The position numbers and the translations under genes are program-made. This document shows, piece after piece, positions 1-9,928 of a stretch of DNA of 64,000 bases; the stretch's first letter is position 1; every line of letters starts with the position of its first letter. Under the pieces are notes generated by a model. That model was not told where the DNA came from. It ran no database searches and was given only the letters and a program-made list of their open reading frames with translations. The stretch is from Coprothermobacterota bacterium (lineage in GTDB: Bacteria; Coprothermobacterota; HKB111): positions 20,307-84,306 of the forward strand of contig JBBIUB010000001.1 of the NCBI GenBank assembly GCA_037440465.1, read 5' to 3'.

Positions 1-1
1 A

Positions 2-1564
2 GTAGAGAAAGAAGAGGACTTAAAACCCGAACATAAAAAACTGATGCTAAGCGTACTTGAGCATATCCTTGCCAGACCCATGATAGCTGTAGATGCTACC
101 CTCGGACCACCCAAAACAATAGCTGCTGTGCATTGCCGCTTATATTGCGATCCCCAGTTTCCTGATATAGCCTACCGATGGAAAAATCTTAACTTCCCAG
201 CATCGTCCAACGAAAGGCCACAGGTACTTCTTTTTTGTATACCACATTATTTGAACAATCCCAATATTACTGAAACTAACGAAATGCTAAAGGTATTACG
301 ATTTCCTAATCATGATTATACTTTAGTCACAGTCAGTTCTTACCAAGGTGAATGTAAAAAAGGTTTTCTTACACATTGGATAACTAATATTTATAATAAA
401 GGTGGAACTGGCGAACATGCTTCTTTAAAGGAGTTTACAATAAAAAAAATAGATGGGCAGAATAAAAGAGTTGTGATGGCAACATGGGGACTTACAGGTA
501 GTGGAAAATCAACCCATGGCCTTTATGTATTTAATATGAATAACATAGATTCCTATGTAAATAATTTTGGTATTAATCCCTCTGAATTTGTTTCTGAACA
601 GGTTCTTAAAAATGATGACATAATTGCAGTTTTTAAAGATCGTGTATATTGTTCCGAATCAGGTAGCTGGACTAAAACTGAAGATATTGACGAAAGACAA
701 ATTGGAATATACCGTGCTGCAATGAATCCAGAAGCTCTTCATGAAAATACTGAATGGGATAAGAATGGAAATGTTAGTTTTGAAGGTAAAATCCTGCAGT
801 ATCAAGGTAAACCTAACCAGAATGCTCGTACTGTTCTACGAATGGAGGATACTGGTTACTACGACAACATTCCTTACTCAAGTGAACCCCTGAATATGGC
901 AATCTTTATTAGTCCTGGTTATAATTCAGATTTCGCTTGGTTAAAAATTAACAACAGTGCCTTTGCTGCCAAAGTATTAGCTGACGGACGGACGACTGGC
1001 CATCCAGCTCAAAGTTTAAAGGGAGTTGGAGAAGAAAAATACGAAACTCGCTATTGTTTACCTTTTACCATGGGAGTGAGTAATGCAGCTCATGTCAACA
1101 GGTTCTTTAGCTTTCTTAAAGAAAGAGAGAAGACAGATAATCCCATAGAAGTTTATCAAATTAATACAACCGGTAGAGTTGGAACTAAATTTAACTGGGT
1201 TAATATTCAAATAAATGGTGAAAAATTAGAAATACCAAAAACAGTCTTTGTAGAAAAGAAAGGAAAAATAAAACCAATTGGGGGTACTGGTCCTTCTATA
1301 GAAGAGACTGAACTTTTTCTAATGCAGGCATCCAGGGGAGTTGTGAAATATGAACCACATCCTATTTGGGGGGAAAAAATTTTGGTTCCTGTGGAAGTAC
1401 CTGGTTTAACAAAAGAAAGGCTTCAAGAGTTAAACCCATATACTTACCATTCCTATTCCGATATTGAGAAGATGCTAAAAGCACAGATTGTTATGAGTAA
1501 ATATTATCTGTCTCAACAATGTCCAGGGCTTAATCCAGAAATCGAAAAAGTTATGGATTTTTAA
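2..1564 (+). CDS. Phosphoenolpyruvate carboxykinase (ATP)-like P-loop protein, 5'-partial. The reading frame is open to the window edge
   Basis: It has a P-loop-like TWGLTGSGKST that resembles the PckA kinase-1a motif GLSGTGKTT. Downstream segments (QIGIYRAAMNPEALHENT, NQNARTVL) align loosely with the E. coli PckA C-terminal half. The frame has no stop from position 2, so the N-terminus probably lies upstream of the window. Confidence 0.45.
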   Translation, partial: VEKEEDLKPEHKKLMLSVLEHILARPMIAVDATLGPPKTIAAVHCRLYCDPQFPDIAYRWKNLNFPASSNERPQVLLFCIPHYLNNPNITETNEMLKVLRFPNHDYTLVTVSSYQGECKKGFLTHWITNIYNKGGTGEHASLKEFTIKKIDGQNKRVVMATWGLTGSGKSTHGLYVFNMNNIDSYVNNFGINPSEFVSEQVLKNDDIIAVFKDRVYCSESGSWTKTEDIDERQIGIYRAAMNPEALHENTEWDKNGNVSFEGKILQYQGKPNQNARTVLRMEDTGYYDNIPYSSEPLNMAIFISPGYNSDFAWLKINNSAFAAKVLADGRTTGHPAQSLKGVGEEKYETRYCLPFTMGVSNAAHVNRFFSFLKEREKTDNPIEVYQINTTGRVGTKFNWVNIQINGEKLEIPKTVFVEKKGKIKPIGGTGPSIEETELFLMQASRGVVKYEPHPIWGEKILVPVEVPGLTKERLQELNPYTYHSYSDIEKMLKAQIVMSKYYLSQQCPGLNPEIEKVMDF

Positions 1565-1743
1565 GTTTTTAACTTCTAATAAAACATATTTAATTTATTT
1601 AAACCGATAATTTATTTTCCAAATAGTAATAATCCTTAACATTTGAAAATTATAACACCTATAGTAACATCAACTAATTGACAAATAGTTTTTTAACATT
1701 TATAATTAAAAAAATAACAAATAAATTTAAGGAGGAAAGGTTT

Positions 1744-3852
1744 ATGAAGAAATTGTTAGCACTCATTATTGTAGGCATGTTAGTTATTCCCTTGCTGGGA
1801 ATAAACGTCACAGCTTCAACACTTCCTAAAGGGTTCTTTAAGGACACAGTTGGACACCGTTATGAATTAGAAATCAGAAAATTTGCAGAACAGGATATCC
1901 TCAAGGGCTTTCCTGATGGAACTTTTAAGCCTGATGCTGAGGTAACCAGGGCTGAAACAGCAACTATACTTGCTCTGGCAAAAAAACTTACACCAACAAA
2001 ACCAGCTGTAAGCCCCTTCAAAGATGTACCCACCACCCACTGGGCTTATGGAAACATTGTAGCTGTTAGGAATGCAGGTATAATAAAAGGTTATCCTGAT
2101 GGCACTTTTAGACCTGGGGCTAACGTATCTCGAGCTGAATTAGCTGCCTTATTAGGTCAAATAAAAGGACTTGAGAAAGAAGCAGCTAAGATTACCACGC
2201 CTCCTATAGAAGCACCAGATATCAACAAAGTTCCTAAATGGGCATTAGGTTGGGTTTCTCTTGGTTATCTTGCAGAACACAATTATCTTACCGAGAGACA
2301 TCCAGGTGGAACAATATCTGCTGGGGCATCTGCCCACAGGGGAGAAGTTGCTTATGGTGCTTATGTTGCTATAAATCCACCACGCTTTGGGGGAACTTTA
2401 AAAGCATCTGTTATTGGTAACCCATCTGCTTTAGACGCTATGGTTACTACTGCGACCATAAACCTGTATATGGGCTGGCACATGTATGAGACCCTCTTCA
2501 CATATGACAGGTTGATGGCTCCTACTCCTATGCTCGTAGACACTTATACACTTAGTGCAGACGGACTAACCTATACTTTCAACTTGAGGAAGGGTGTTAA
2601 ATTCCACAATGGAAAAGAAATGACCGCCGATGATGTACAAGCTTCTATTGCTAGATGGGGTAGAATGACTACCTTAGGAAGAGATCTGTTTAGGTTTGTA
2701 AGATCATGGACAGCTAAAGATAAATACACTGCAGTTATGGTATTAACTTCTCCTGTTGCTATTACCCCGCTTTATCTTTGTGGTGCTCAATCAGTAATTT
2801 ACCCCAAGGAAATCATTGATGTAGTTGGAGATAAAGCTCTTAGAATGGTGCCTGAAGAATTAGTGGGTACTGGACCTTATAAATTTATAGAATTTATTCC
2901 AGATCGTCATGTTAAAATGGTACGCTTTGAAGAGTATACTGTCAGAAAGAATATTCCTAATGGTCAGGGTGGAAGAAAAACCGCATATGCTGATACGATA
3001 CTATTCATGCCCGTTCCAGATAGTGGAGTCAGGGTTATGGGAGCTATAACAGGTCTATACCATATGGCTGAATGGACCTTGCCAGATGAATACGAGCGTC
3101 TAAAATACCATACCAAGCTAAGGGCAGCTGTTATAAAACCATCAGGCTGGACAACTGCTGTATTCAATAAGAGGGAAGGTATCTTCACTTCTCTAAAAAT
3201 GCGACAGGCATTTCTCGCTGCTCTGGATATGGAACCTATTATGAAGGCAGCCTATGGGCACCCTGACTTCTGGCGTCTTGACTCCAGTATAGCTTTTAAA
3301 GAACAGGCGTACTATACAACTGCTGGAAGTCACTTGTACAACCAGAAAAATATAGAAAAAGCGAAAAAACTTCTTGCAGAAGCTGGATATAAAGGCGAAC
3401 CAATTAGATGGATAACAACAACTGAATACCCCGCCTACTATACAACTGCTGTAGTCTCAAAAGATCAACTTGAGAAAGCAGGCTTTAACATCACGCTACA
3501 AGTGGTTGACTGGGCTACCCTGGTAAGAATAAGAGCAGACTCTAAACTATGGGATATATTCAGTACAGCTTTTGGTATAACCTTTGACCCGGTACTTTAT
3601 CTGTGTCTCAGTCCTGCTTGGTTTGGATGGTATGAAAGTCCCAAAATGGTAGCATATCTGGATGAGATGAGAAGAGAGTCAGACTTTAATAAACGATATG
3701 CTACCTGGGAAAAAGCTATGGAGCTATTCTACGAAGAAGTCCCGGTTATTAAGTACGGAGATTATTTCTTACTTCATGTCCATCGGAAAGAGGTTCAAGG
3801 TTATCAAGCCATGTTTAATATTTTCTGGTGGAATGTCTGGATTGAGAAATAA
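1744..3852 (+). CDS. SLH-domain-anchored ABC transporter substrate-binding protein, family 5 (peptide/nickel, DppA/OppA-like)
   Basis: A strong RBS (AAGGAGGAAAGG) lies 6 nt upstream of ATG 1744, and the product has a signal peptide (MKKLLALIIVGMLVIPLLG). Two S-layer-homology repeats follow (FKDTVGHRYELEIRKFAEQDILKGFPDGTFKPDAEVTRAETATILA, then HWAYGNIVAVRNAGIIKGYPDGTFRPGANVSRAELAALL). The remainder is a roughly 520-aa SBP_bac_5-like domain. The ORF track's earlier start at 1678 has no RBS. Confidence 0.8.
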   Translation: MKKLLALIIVGMLVIPLLGINVTASTLPKGFFKDTVGHRYELEIRKFAEQDILKGFPDGTFKPDAEVTRAETATILALAKKLTPTKPAVSPFKDVPTTHWAYGNIVAVRNAGIIKGYPDGTFRPGANVSRAELAALLGQIKGLEKEAAKITTPPIEAPDINKVPKWALGWVSLGYLAEHNYLTERHPGGTISAGASAHRGEVAYGAYVAINPPRFGGTLKASVIGNPSALDAMVTTATINLYMGWHMYETLFTYDRLMAPTPMLVDTYTLSADGLTYTFNLRKGVKFHNGKEMTADDVQASIARWGRMTTLGRDLFRFVRSWTAKDKYTAVMVLTSPVAITPLYLCGAQSVIYPKEIIDVVGDKALRMVPEELVGTGPYKFIEFIPDRHVKMVRFEEYTVRKNIPNGQGGRKTAYADTILFMPVPDSGVRVMGAITGLYHMAEWTLPDEYERLKYHTKLRAAVIKPSGWTTAVFNKREGIFTSLKMRQAFLAALDMEPIMKAAYGHPDFWRLDSSIAFKEQAYYTTAGSHLYNQKNIEKAKKLLAEAGYKGEPIRWITTTEYPAYYTTAVVSKDQLEKAGFNITLQVVDWATLVRIRADSKLWDIFSTAFGITFDPVLYLCLSPAWFGWYESPKMVAYLDEMRRESDFNKRYATWEKAMELFYEEVPVIKYGDYFLLHVHRKEVQGYQAMFNIFWWNVWIEK

Positions 3853-3875
3853 AACTAAAAACTAATATTAACCAC

Positions 3876-3913
3876 GCCGGGGTTAACCCCATGTTAACCC
3901 CGGCTATTTTTAT
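3876..3913 (+). terminator. Rho-independent terminator or intra-operon attenuator between the SBP gene and the permease genes
   Basis: There is a perfect 12-bp inverted repeat, GCCGGGGTTAAC-cccat-GTTAACCCCGGC, followed by TATTTTTAT. It sits 24 nt after the SBP stop and 15 nt before the permease start. Confidence 0.6.
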
Positions 3914-3927
3914 AACAGGAGAAAATA

Positions 3928-4872
3928 ATGAGGGAATATATACTTAAAAGAATAGCTGCTTTGATACCTGTCTTGCTAATTGTAGGTTTAATAGGTTTTA
4001 CCCTCCTCAGTTTAATACCAGGTGACCCTGCGGCAGTTATGCTTGGACCCGAAGCTTCAATGGAGGATATAATTGCTTTACGGAGTGAAATGGGCTTAGA
4101 CCTCCCAGCGCCAGTCAGGCTTTTTCGCTGGTATGTAAGATTATTTCAAGGAGACCTTGGATACTCTATTTTTCTTTATAGACCCGTCTTGCAGGCTATT
4201 ATAGAGAGACTTGAACCAACCATGCTTTTAACTTTCATGGCTTTAATAATTGCTGGAGTACTTGGAATTACAATGGGTATAACTGCTGCAATAAAACGAG
4301 GGACTTTTATCGATCAGATGGTTATGAGTCTTTCTTTATTAGGACTCTCTATTCCAAGTTTTTGGTTGGCATTAATCCTTATCGTTTTTTTTGCACTCAC
4401 ATTAGGATTGTTTCCTGTAGCAGGTTACTCCCCTATAGAAGATGGTTGGTGGAAAACCTTGCACCATTTAACCCTGCCAGCATTTACTCTTGGCTTTATC
4501 CAGTCAGCTTTTATTGCAAGAATGACACGTTCAAGTATGCTTGAGGTATTAAACCAGGACTATATTCGTACAGCCAAGGCAAAGGGATTAGGTTTTTATA
4601 AAGTTATCGTTGTTCACGCTCTGAGAAACGCATTCATTCCTATCGTGACAGTTATGGGCTTATCTCTGGGAGGCTTGATGGCAGGGGCAATTGTTGTAGA
4701 AACAGTTTTTGCTTTACCAGGCATAGGACAACTTGTATTAGCTTCAATATCACGAAGGGACTATCCGATGGTACAGGGGATTCTTCTTTTTATTGCTTCA
4801 GTGTATGTTTTGGTTAACTTTCTGGTTGACGTCCTATATGTTATTCTTGACCCCAGAATTAAATATGTATAA
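3928..4872 (+). CDS. ABC transporter permease (DppB/OppB-like)
   Basis: A 314-aa polytopic membrane protein with an ABC-permease signature region (RTAKAKGL...ALRNAFIP) and an RBS (AGGAG) upstream. Confidence 0.85.
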   Translation: MREYILKRIAALIPVLLIVGLIGFTLLSLIPGDPAAVMLGPEASMEDIIALRSEMGLDLPAPVRLFRWYVRLFQGDLGYSIFLYRPVLQAIIERLEPTMLLTFMALIIAGVLGITMGITAAIKRGTFIDQMVMSLSLLGLSIPSFWLALILIVFFALTLGLFPVAGYSPIEDGWWKTLHHLTLPAFTLGFIQSAFIARMTRSSMLEVLNQDYIRTAKAKGLGFYKVIVVHALRNAFIPIVTVMGLSLGGLMAGAIVVETVFALPGIGQLVLASISRRDYPMVQGILLFIASVYVLVNFLVDVLYVILDPRIKYV

Positions 4873-4884
4873 AGGTGATAAGTC

Positions 4885-5754
4885 GTGATAACAAATAATC
4901 AAATTGATAGTGGTAAGGTAGTAAGAAAAAGAATCTTTAGCAGAATGTTAAGAAATCGCTCTATGACTATTGGGTTTAGCTTAGTCATGCTAATGGTTGT
5001 AATAGCAATTATTGCTCCTATTGTATCTCCATTTGGACCAATGGATATAGATCCAAATTTACGCCTGAAACCTCCAAATAAAACACATATATTCGGAACT
5101 GATAACATTGGGCAGGATGTTTTCAGCAGAGCACTATGGGGTTCAAGAATATCTCTACTTACAGGTTTTCTTATTGTGCTAACAGCTGGAAGTTTAGGAA
5201 TTGTCCTGGGATTAATTGCAGGGTATTCCAGAAGTTTTGATGCTATTACCATGAGAATACTTGATGGACTCATGGCTTTCCCAACAACCCTTCTCGCTAT
5301 AGCTCTGATGGCTGTATTAGGTGCAAGATTATCTAATGTTATCATCGCCCTGGCAATTGTTTATACCCCTTCAGTAACAAGGGTAGTTCGTAGTGTTGTT
5401 TTAGTCATTAAGGAAACTGAGTATATTGAAGCTGCTCGTTCTATAGGTAACTCTAATCTACGTATTATATTGAAGCACATACTACCTAACTGCATGGCTC
5501 CCATAATAGTTCAGGGAAGTTTTATTTTCGCTCAATCCATTCTGGCTGAAGCTGCTCTGAGTTTTCTGGGCGTAGGTGTACCACCCTGGATACCTAGCTG
5601 GGGTAGCATTATGACTGGCGGAAGATTATTTATCAATGTTGCTCCCTGGATAATTTTCTTTCCAGGATTGTTTGTTCTGGTGACTGTTCTCGGGCTGAAT
5701 CTTTTTGGAGATGGGTTACGAGATGTGCTTGACCCAAGACTTAGAGGTCTTTAG
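4885..5754 (+). CDS. ABC transporter permease (DppC/OppC-like)
   Basis: A 289-aa membrane protein with N-terminal OppC-type topology and the EAA-like loop IEAARSIGNSNLRIILKHILPN. It is 12 nt downstream of the previous permease. Confidence 0.85.
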   Translation: MITNNQIDSGKVVRKRIFSRMLRNRSMTIGFSLVMLMVVIAIIAPIVSPFGPMDIDPNLRLKPPNKTHIFGTDNIGQDVFSRALWGSRISLLTGFLIVLTAGSLGIVLGLIAGYSRSFDAITMRILDGLMAFPTTLLAIALMAVLGARLSNVIIALAIVYTPSVTRVVRSVVLVIKETEYIEAARSIGNSNLRIILKHILPNCMAPIIVQGSFIFAQSILAEAALSFLGVGVPPWIPSWGSIMTGGRLFINVAPWIIFFPGLFVLVTVLGLNLFGDGLRDVLDPRLRGL

Positions 5755-6829
5755 TCGAAATTACCTTAAGGAGAAAATCACGATTTAGCTCGGCCCTTTC
5801 CATCAGGGGAGGGAGAGCACTGGAAAGTTTATCTTTAACCGAAGAACTCTCCTCCATTATTCTGGAGATTTCATATATTAGATCAGCAGGGTTAACCTTA
5901 TCCATCGGTAGGATTATCCCCGTTCCTATTTCTTCAACAAGGTTAACCAGCTTAGGGTCATATGCCAATCCGATAAAAGGTACTCCAGTTACGACAGCAG
6001 ATATTAAAGGGTGAAGTCTTGATGCCATTACTAATTTTGCCCTCCCTATAATACCCAACATTACCCTTGGAGAACAATCATTCTCCAAATAATAAGCTCT
6101 CTCTTTTAATCTTTCCTTAATCAAGTTTAAGGCTTTTCGATCAAGACGAGGGTAAAAAGGTGCCACCAGAATCTCAAGACCAAACTCTTCTTTCAAGTAA
6201 AGAACACTCTGAATAAGCGCTTCAATAGAAACTGGTTTATCAACTGCCTTGGACGGAGATAGAAAAATGTAAGGCTTGCTTCTTATTCCCGTTGAATCTA
6301 ATATTTCATCTCCCGCATCGTAATCAGGTTTCAAAAGAAAAGCCAGATCAGCAGTTAGTTGTAAATAGTCTTTAAATCCAAGGCTTCTTATCAATTCTAA
6401 AGATACTTTATCACGAACACTCACAGCTTTTACTTTCTTAAGGACTTGCGACAGAAGTTTGAGACTTAAAGGTGAAATAAAAGGCCCTATTCCCTGAGCT
6501 AAAAGAATTGTAGGAACATTAAAAATCTGAGCTAAAAAAATTAGAGCAAGATAATAATAAAGACTCCTTCTGCTGGTCACATCCTGTAGTAAACCTCCTC
6601 CTCCACTTATGAAAAGGTCGGCTTTCCTTATCTCTGAGGCAATTACTGAAAAGTCATTGCGAGATATGGCTCTAATTTTAAACCTGGAAAAGGTATTAAT
6701 AGCCCGAGCAGATAGAACAACAATTTCTACTTCTGGGGAAATATCCCTCATAAGATTCACCAGAACCTCAAGAATAGCTTCATCCCCGACATTACCAAAT
6801 CCATAATATCCTGATACTACAATTCTCAA
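5741..6829 (-). CDS. csaB: Polysaccharide pyruvyl transferase CsaB
   Basis: The N-terminus MRIVVSGYYGFGNVGDEAIL is the hallmark of the CsaB/PS_pyruv_trans family. Its 3' end overlaps the convergent permease gene by 14 nt. Confidence 0.8.
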   Translation of the reverse strand: MRIVVSGYYGFGNVGDEAILEVLVNLMRDISPEVEIVVLSARAINTFSRFKIRAISRNDFSVIASEIRKADLFISGGGGLLQDVTSRRSLYYYLALIFLAQIFNVPTILLAQGIGPFISPLSLKLLSQVLKKVKAVSVRDKVSLELIRSLGFKDYLQLTADLAFLLKPDYDAGDEILDSTGIRSKPYIFLSPSKAVDKPVSIEALIQSVLYLKEEFGLEILVAPFYPRLDRKALNLIKERLKERAYYLENDCSPRVMLGIIGRAKLVMASRLHPLISAVVTGVPFIGLAYDPKLVNLVEEIGTGIILPMDKVNPADLIYEISRIMEESSSVKDKLSSALPPLMERAELNRDFLLKVISTKDL

Positions 6830-7533
6830 GGCAATCCTCGTTTTATAAATACTGTAATCAACCTAATAATGGTTAATAATAAACGTCGTAATCTTCGGGG
6901 TTCTTTAGTTGTTCGGTACAACCACTCCAATCCAAGACTTGTGAAAAAAAAGGGTGCTCTATGAGATTCACCACTCCAGACATCTATGGACCCCCCTACA
7001 CCGATAGTGGGTAAATTCAGCTCTTTCTTATTTGTATATATCCATATCTCTTGCTTGGGGGTACCCATCCCTACTATTAATAATGAAGAATCATTATCTT
7101 TAATATCTTTAATAATATTTTCATCGTTTTCAAAATAACCATCATGAAACCCTACTATATTAACACCATATTCTTGGCTTAGACTAAGATATGCTTTTTC
7201 TACAATAGAAGGTTTTGAACCAAGTAAATAAACTTTGGTATCAGGATAATGACTTAATATCTCTTCAGTCAGCTCTATTCCAGGAATAGCTTTCATTCGA
7301 ATGCCTTTGAACAACCTAACCAGAAAAGCCACCCATCTGCCATCTGAAACTACCAGAGAAGCTTCTTTAATAACTTTAGCTAAATTATCATCAATCAGGG
7401 CTAAACTCAATATCTCAAGGTTAAGTGTGACAACCTGGTAGAAGATTCCATCTTTTGTAGCAAGATGAATATTTTCAGCTGCCTTTTCAAGAGTTATGTT
7501 GTCTACCGGGATATCCCATAGGAAACATCTCAT
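6826..7533 (-). CDS. tagA: WecB/TagA/CpsF-family glycosyltransferase (probable N-acetylmannosaminyltransferase TagA)
   Basis: It is 235 aa, which is the TagA family size, and has a central LLGSKPSIVEKAYLSLSQEYGVNIVGFHDGYF block. It overlaps csaB by 4 nt. Confidence 0.8.
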   Translation of the reverse strand: MRCFLWDIPVDNITLEKAAENIHLATKDGIFYQVVTLNLEILSLALIDDNLAKVIKEASLVVSDGRWVAFLVRLFKGIRMKAIPGIELTEEILSHYPDTKVYLLGSKPSIVEKAYLSLSQEYGVNIVGFHDGYFENDENIIKDIKDNDSSLLIVGMGTPKQEIWIYTNKKELNLPTIGVGGSIDVWSGESHRAPFFFTSLGLEWLYRTTKEPRRLRRLLLTIIRLITVFIKRGLP

Positions 7534-8816
7534 AGTGAAAAGACAGTAAACCCTTCTTTTATAAGCTCATCTGCTATAAAAAGCCCTTTAAGGTCAACGA
7601 CTAATACGCTATCACCAACTATATGCTTGAGATAAGATGGTTTTAAAGTTAAATACTCCTGCTGAATGCCTGCTATAACTATTGCTTTAGCGTTATTTAG
7701 ACACTCTATCAGGTTTTCTGCTTCTTTACCAACTCCTGTCTTCACGAGAGGATCGTATGAATAAACATTAAAACCCGCTTTTATGAGAAGTTTTTTTAGT
7801 TTATATGCTGGACTAAGCCTAAAACTTGATGAAAAATCTTTCATAGCTTGACCAAGTAAGGCTATTTTTATTTGATCATAAGGAAGATTACTAAAGTATC
7901 CTTTTAAGATTGACACGATTTTCTCAGGAATTTGAGAGTTTAACTTCCTAGCTTTTGAGGAAAGTGAAAGTTTTCGTTCTTTAGAAGAAATGTGAGCAAG
8001 ATAGTAATAGGCATAAGGTATGCAATGTCCACCCACTCCTGGGCCTGGATTAAGGATATTAACCCTCTTATGAGTATTAGCGAGTCTGATCGCTTCCCTA
8101 CCCTTTATACCCTTAGAAGTAAGAAAATAAGCTACTTCATTAGCAAAAGCAATATTAACATCCCTTTGAAGATTTTCGAGCACTTTTGATGCTTCAACTT
8201 CCTTTAAAGAACTTACATGAAAAACACCCTTTGAAATGATCAATAAACACTGTTTTGCCCTTTCTATGCTTCCCTGGTTTATACCACCAAGAACAACATC
8301 CATATCTCTAAGCTCTTCAAAAGCTTTACCTTCCTGCATTCTCTCAGAAGCATATGCCAGGAAAAAATCATCTCCGCCTTTTAACCCACTTCTTTTCTCA
8401 AGGATAGGAAGAGCTATTTCTTCAGTAAAACCTGGATACACTGTACTTCTAATTAGAACCAGATCACCTTTTTTAAGGTTCTTACTTATTCCTTCAAGGC
8501 AACGCAATATAGCTGAAGAATCCAGTTTTTCTCCTTTTACCCCAATGCCTACTGTTACGATGATATCCTTTGGTCCTTCTAATTCTGCAGGTAAAAAAGT
8601 ATTAAGCTTTAATTTTCCACTTTCATTAGCCCATGATAGAATTTCTTTTATAGTACGACCTCTATCTTCTTCTTGAAAATTAACATTATTGCTCTTAAGG
8701 TTTTTTATGTGTTTTTCATTTATATCAATTCCAATAACAGAAAAATCATTTAGAACATATGTAAGAGCCAGGGGTAAGCCGACTGCACCTAAACCAAAGA
8801 CTATTATTTTATTCAT
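7530..8816 (-). CDS. UDP-N-acetyl-D-mannosamine (nucleotide-sugar) dehydrogenase
   Basis: The N-terminus MNKIIVFGLGAVGLPLA is a Rossmann GxGxxG fold, and the protein has UDP-glucose/GDP-mannose dehydrogenase family architecture. I took the start at the internal Met, which forms an ATGA overlap with the upstream gene's stop. Confidence 0.75.
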   Translation of the reverse strand: MNKIIVFGLGAVGLPLALTYVLNDFSVIGIDINEKHIKNLKSNNVNFQEEDRGRTIKEILSWANESGKLKLNTFLPAELEGPKDIIVTVGIGVKGEKLDSSAILRCLEGISKNLKKGDLVLIRSTVYPGFTEEIALPILEKRSGLKGGDDFFLAYASERMQEGKAFEELRDMDVVLGGINQGSIERAKQCLLIISKGVFHVSSLKEVEASKVLENLQRDVNIAFANEVAYFLTSKGIKGREAIRLANTHKRVNILNPGPGVGGHCIPYAYYYLAHISSKERKLSLSSKARKLNSQIPEKIVSILKGYFSNLPYDQIKIALLGQAMKDFSSSFRLSPAYKLKKLLIKAGFNVYSYDPLVKTGVGKEAENLIECLNNAKAIVIAGIQQEYLTLKPSYLKHIVGDSVLVVDLKGLFIADELIKEGFTVFSL

Positions 8817-9925
8817 GGAATTACTACTCCTTCCATTAGTTTTTGGTAAAGCCACTCTGTACGTTCCAGCATATGTTTTAAATTAAACCTGAGTAATACT
8901 TGCTTTCTGCCATTATTTCCCAGATTTTTTCTTAATTCTTCATCTTTAAGAAGAGTCACTACCTCCTTAGCAAGACATACTGTGTCTTTACGGGAGAAAA
9001 GAACTCCAGTTTTACCATGGGCGATAACTTCTTCTATTCCACCCACCTTTGAGGCTACCACTGGGACTCCGAGTCCCATGGTTTCAACAATAGCTAAACC
9101 CATTCCTTCCATAAGAGAGGGAAAAACCCCTACAGTAAAACAGGATATCTCACTATAGACATCTTTTACCCGACCAGTAAAAACTACGTATCTGTCAACG
9201 CCAAGTTCTTTAGCTTTCTGGTAAAGCCTGTCTTTAAGAGGCCCATCACCAATAAAACGAACTTCAACCTTTCCAAATTCTCTTAATATATAAGGGAGAG
9301 CCTCAAGAAGATAAATCTGCCCTTTTACCGTTACTAACCTTCCAACAGTACCTATAATTGGAGGATTACATGGAGTTAATAGATAGTTATTTAGAAGAGT
9401 TTCGTCAATACCATTATATACAACTTCAATATTAGAAAGCTTTAATCCTCTTCTTAAAAGATGTAAAAGAACAGCCCTGGAAACAGCTACATAAACATCT
9501 GTCATAGAACGGGTAATTGTATCAGCTATAGTAGCTGCTACTCCCCAAAGAGAGTTTGCGTAATCATATAAAGGTATACTATGAACTGTGGTTACTATCT
9601 TAGGAATTTCTCCCTTTCTCCGAGAAGCCCATCGTCCATAAAAATTTGCACGAACACCATGAGTATGCAGTATATGTAAATCTTCTTTTGCTAATACTGA
9701 AGGAAGGGTATTTAAAAAACTATAACCTAAAAAAGCTTTATATGGTAAAATTAGCGTAGGAATTCCAAGAGCTTCTGCTTCCTCCACGAGTGGTCCCTCT
9801 CCAAGGGCAATTATCATTGGTGAAAATAATTCCCGATTAATATGAGAAAGAAGGGTCAACAAATGTTGTTTTGCACCACCTGTATCACCTCCACCGATTA
9901 AATGAGCTACCTTGATTTTACTCAA
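8813..9925 (-). CDS. Glycosyltransferase family 4
   Basis: It has a GT4 N-terminal domain (KVAHLIGGGDTGGAKQHLL) and the C-terminal EGMGLAIVETMGLGVPVVASKVGG motif of GT1/GT4 enzymes. Confidence 0.8.
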   Translation of the reverse strand: MSKIKVAHLIGGGDTGGAKQHLLTLLSHINRELFSPMIIALGEGPLVEEAEALGIPTLILPYKAFLGYSFLNTLPSVLAKEDLHILHTHGVRANFYGRWASRRKGEIPKIVTTVHSIPLYDYANSLWGVAATIADTITRSMTDVYVAVSRAVLLHLLRRGLKLSNIEVVYNGIDETLLNNYLLTPCNPPIIGTVGRLVTVKGQIYLLEALPYILREFGKVEVRFIGDGPLKDRLYQKAKELGVDRYVVFTGRVKDVYSEISCFTVGVFPSLMEGMGLAIVETMGLGVPVVASKVGGIEEVIAHGKTGVLFSRKDTVCLAKEVVTLLKDEELRKNLGNNGRKQVLLRFNLKHMLERTEWLYQKLMEGVVIP

Positions 9926-9928
9926 GAT

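Noticed and set aside
1678-1743. Longer N-terminal extension (MTNSFLTFIIKKITNKFKEERF) of the SLH-SBP ORF
   Set aside because: It has no RBS. A strong AAGGAGG sits immediately before ATG 1744, which begins a canonical signal peptide, so the extension is non-coding leader.
2238-5345. Nested or antisense ORFs of 60-148 aa inside the SBP and permease genes (2238-2420, 2361-2543, 2964-3188, 4362-4544, 4899-5345)
   Set aside because: They lie entirely within longer, homology-supported genes, and they have no RBS and atypical composition. They are frame artefacts.
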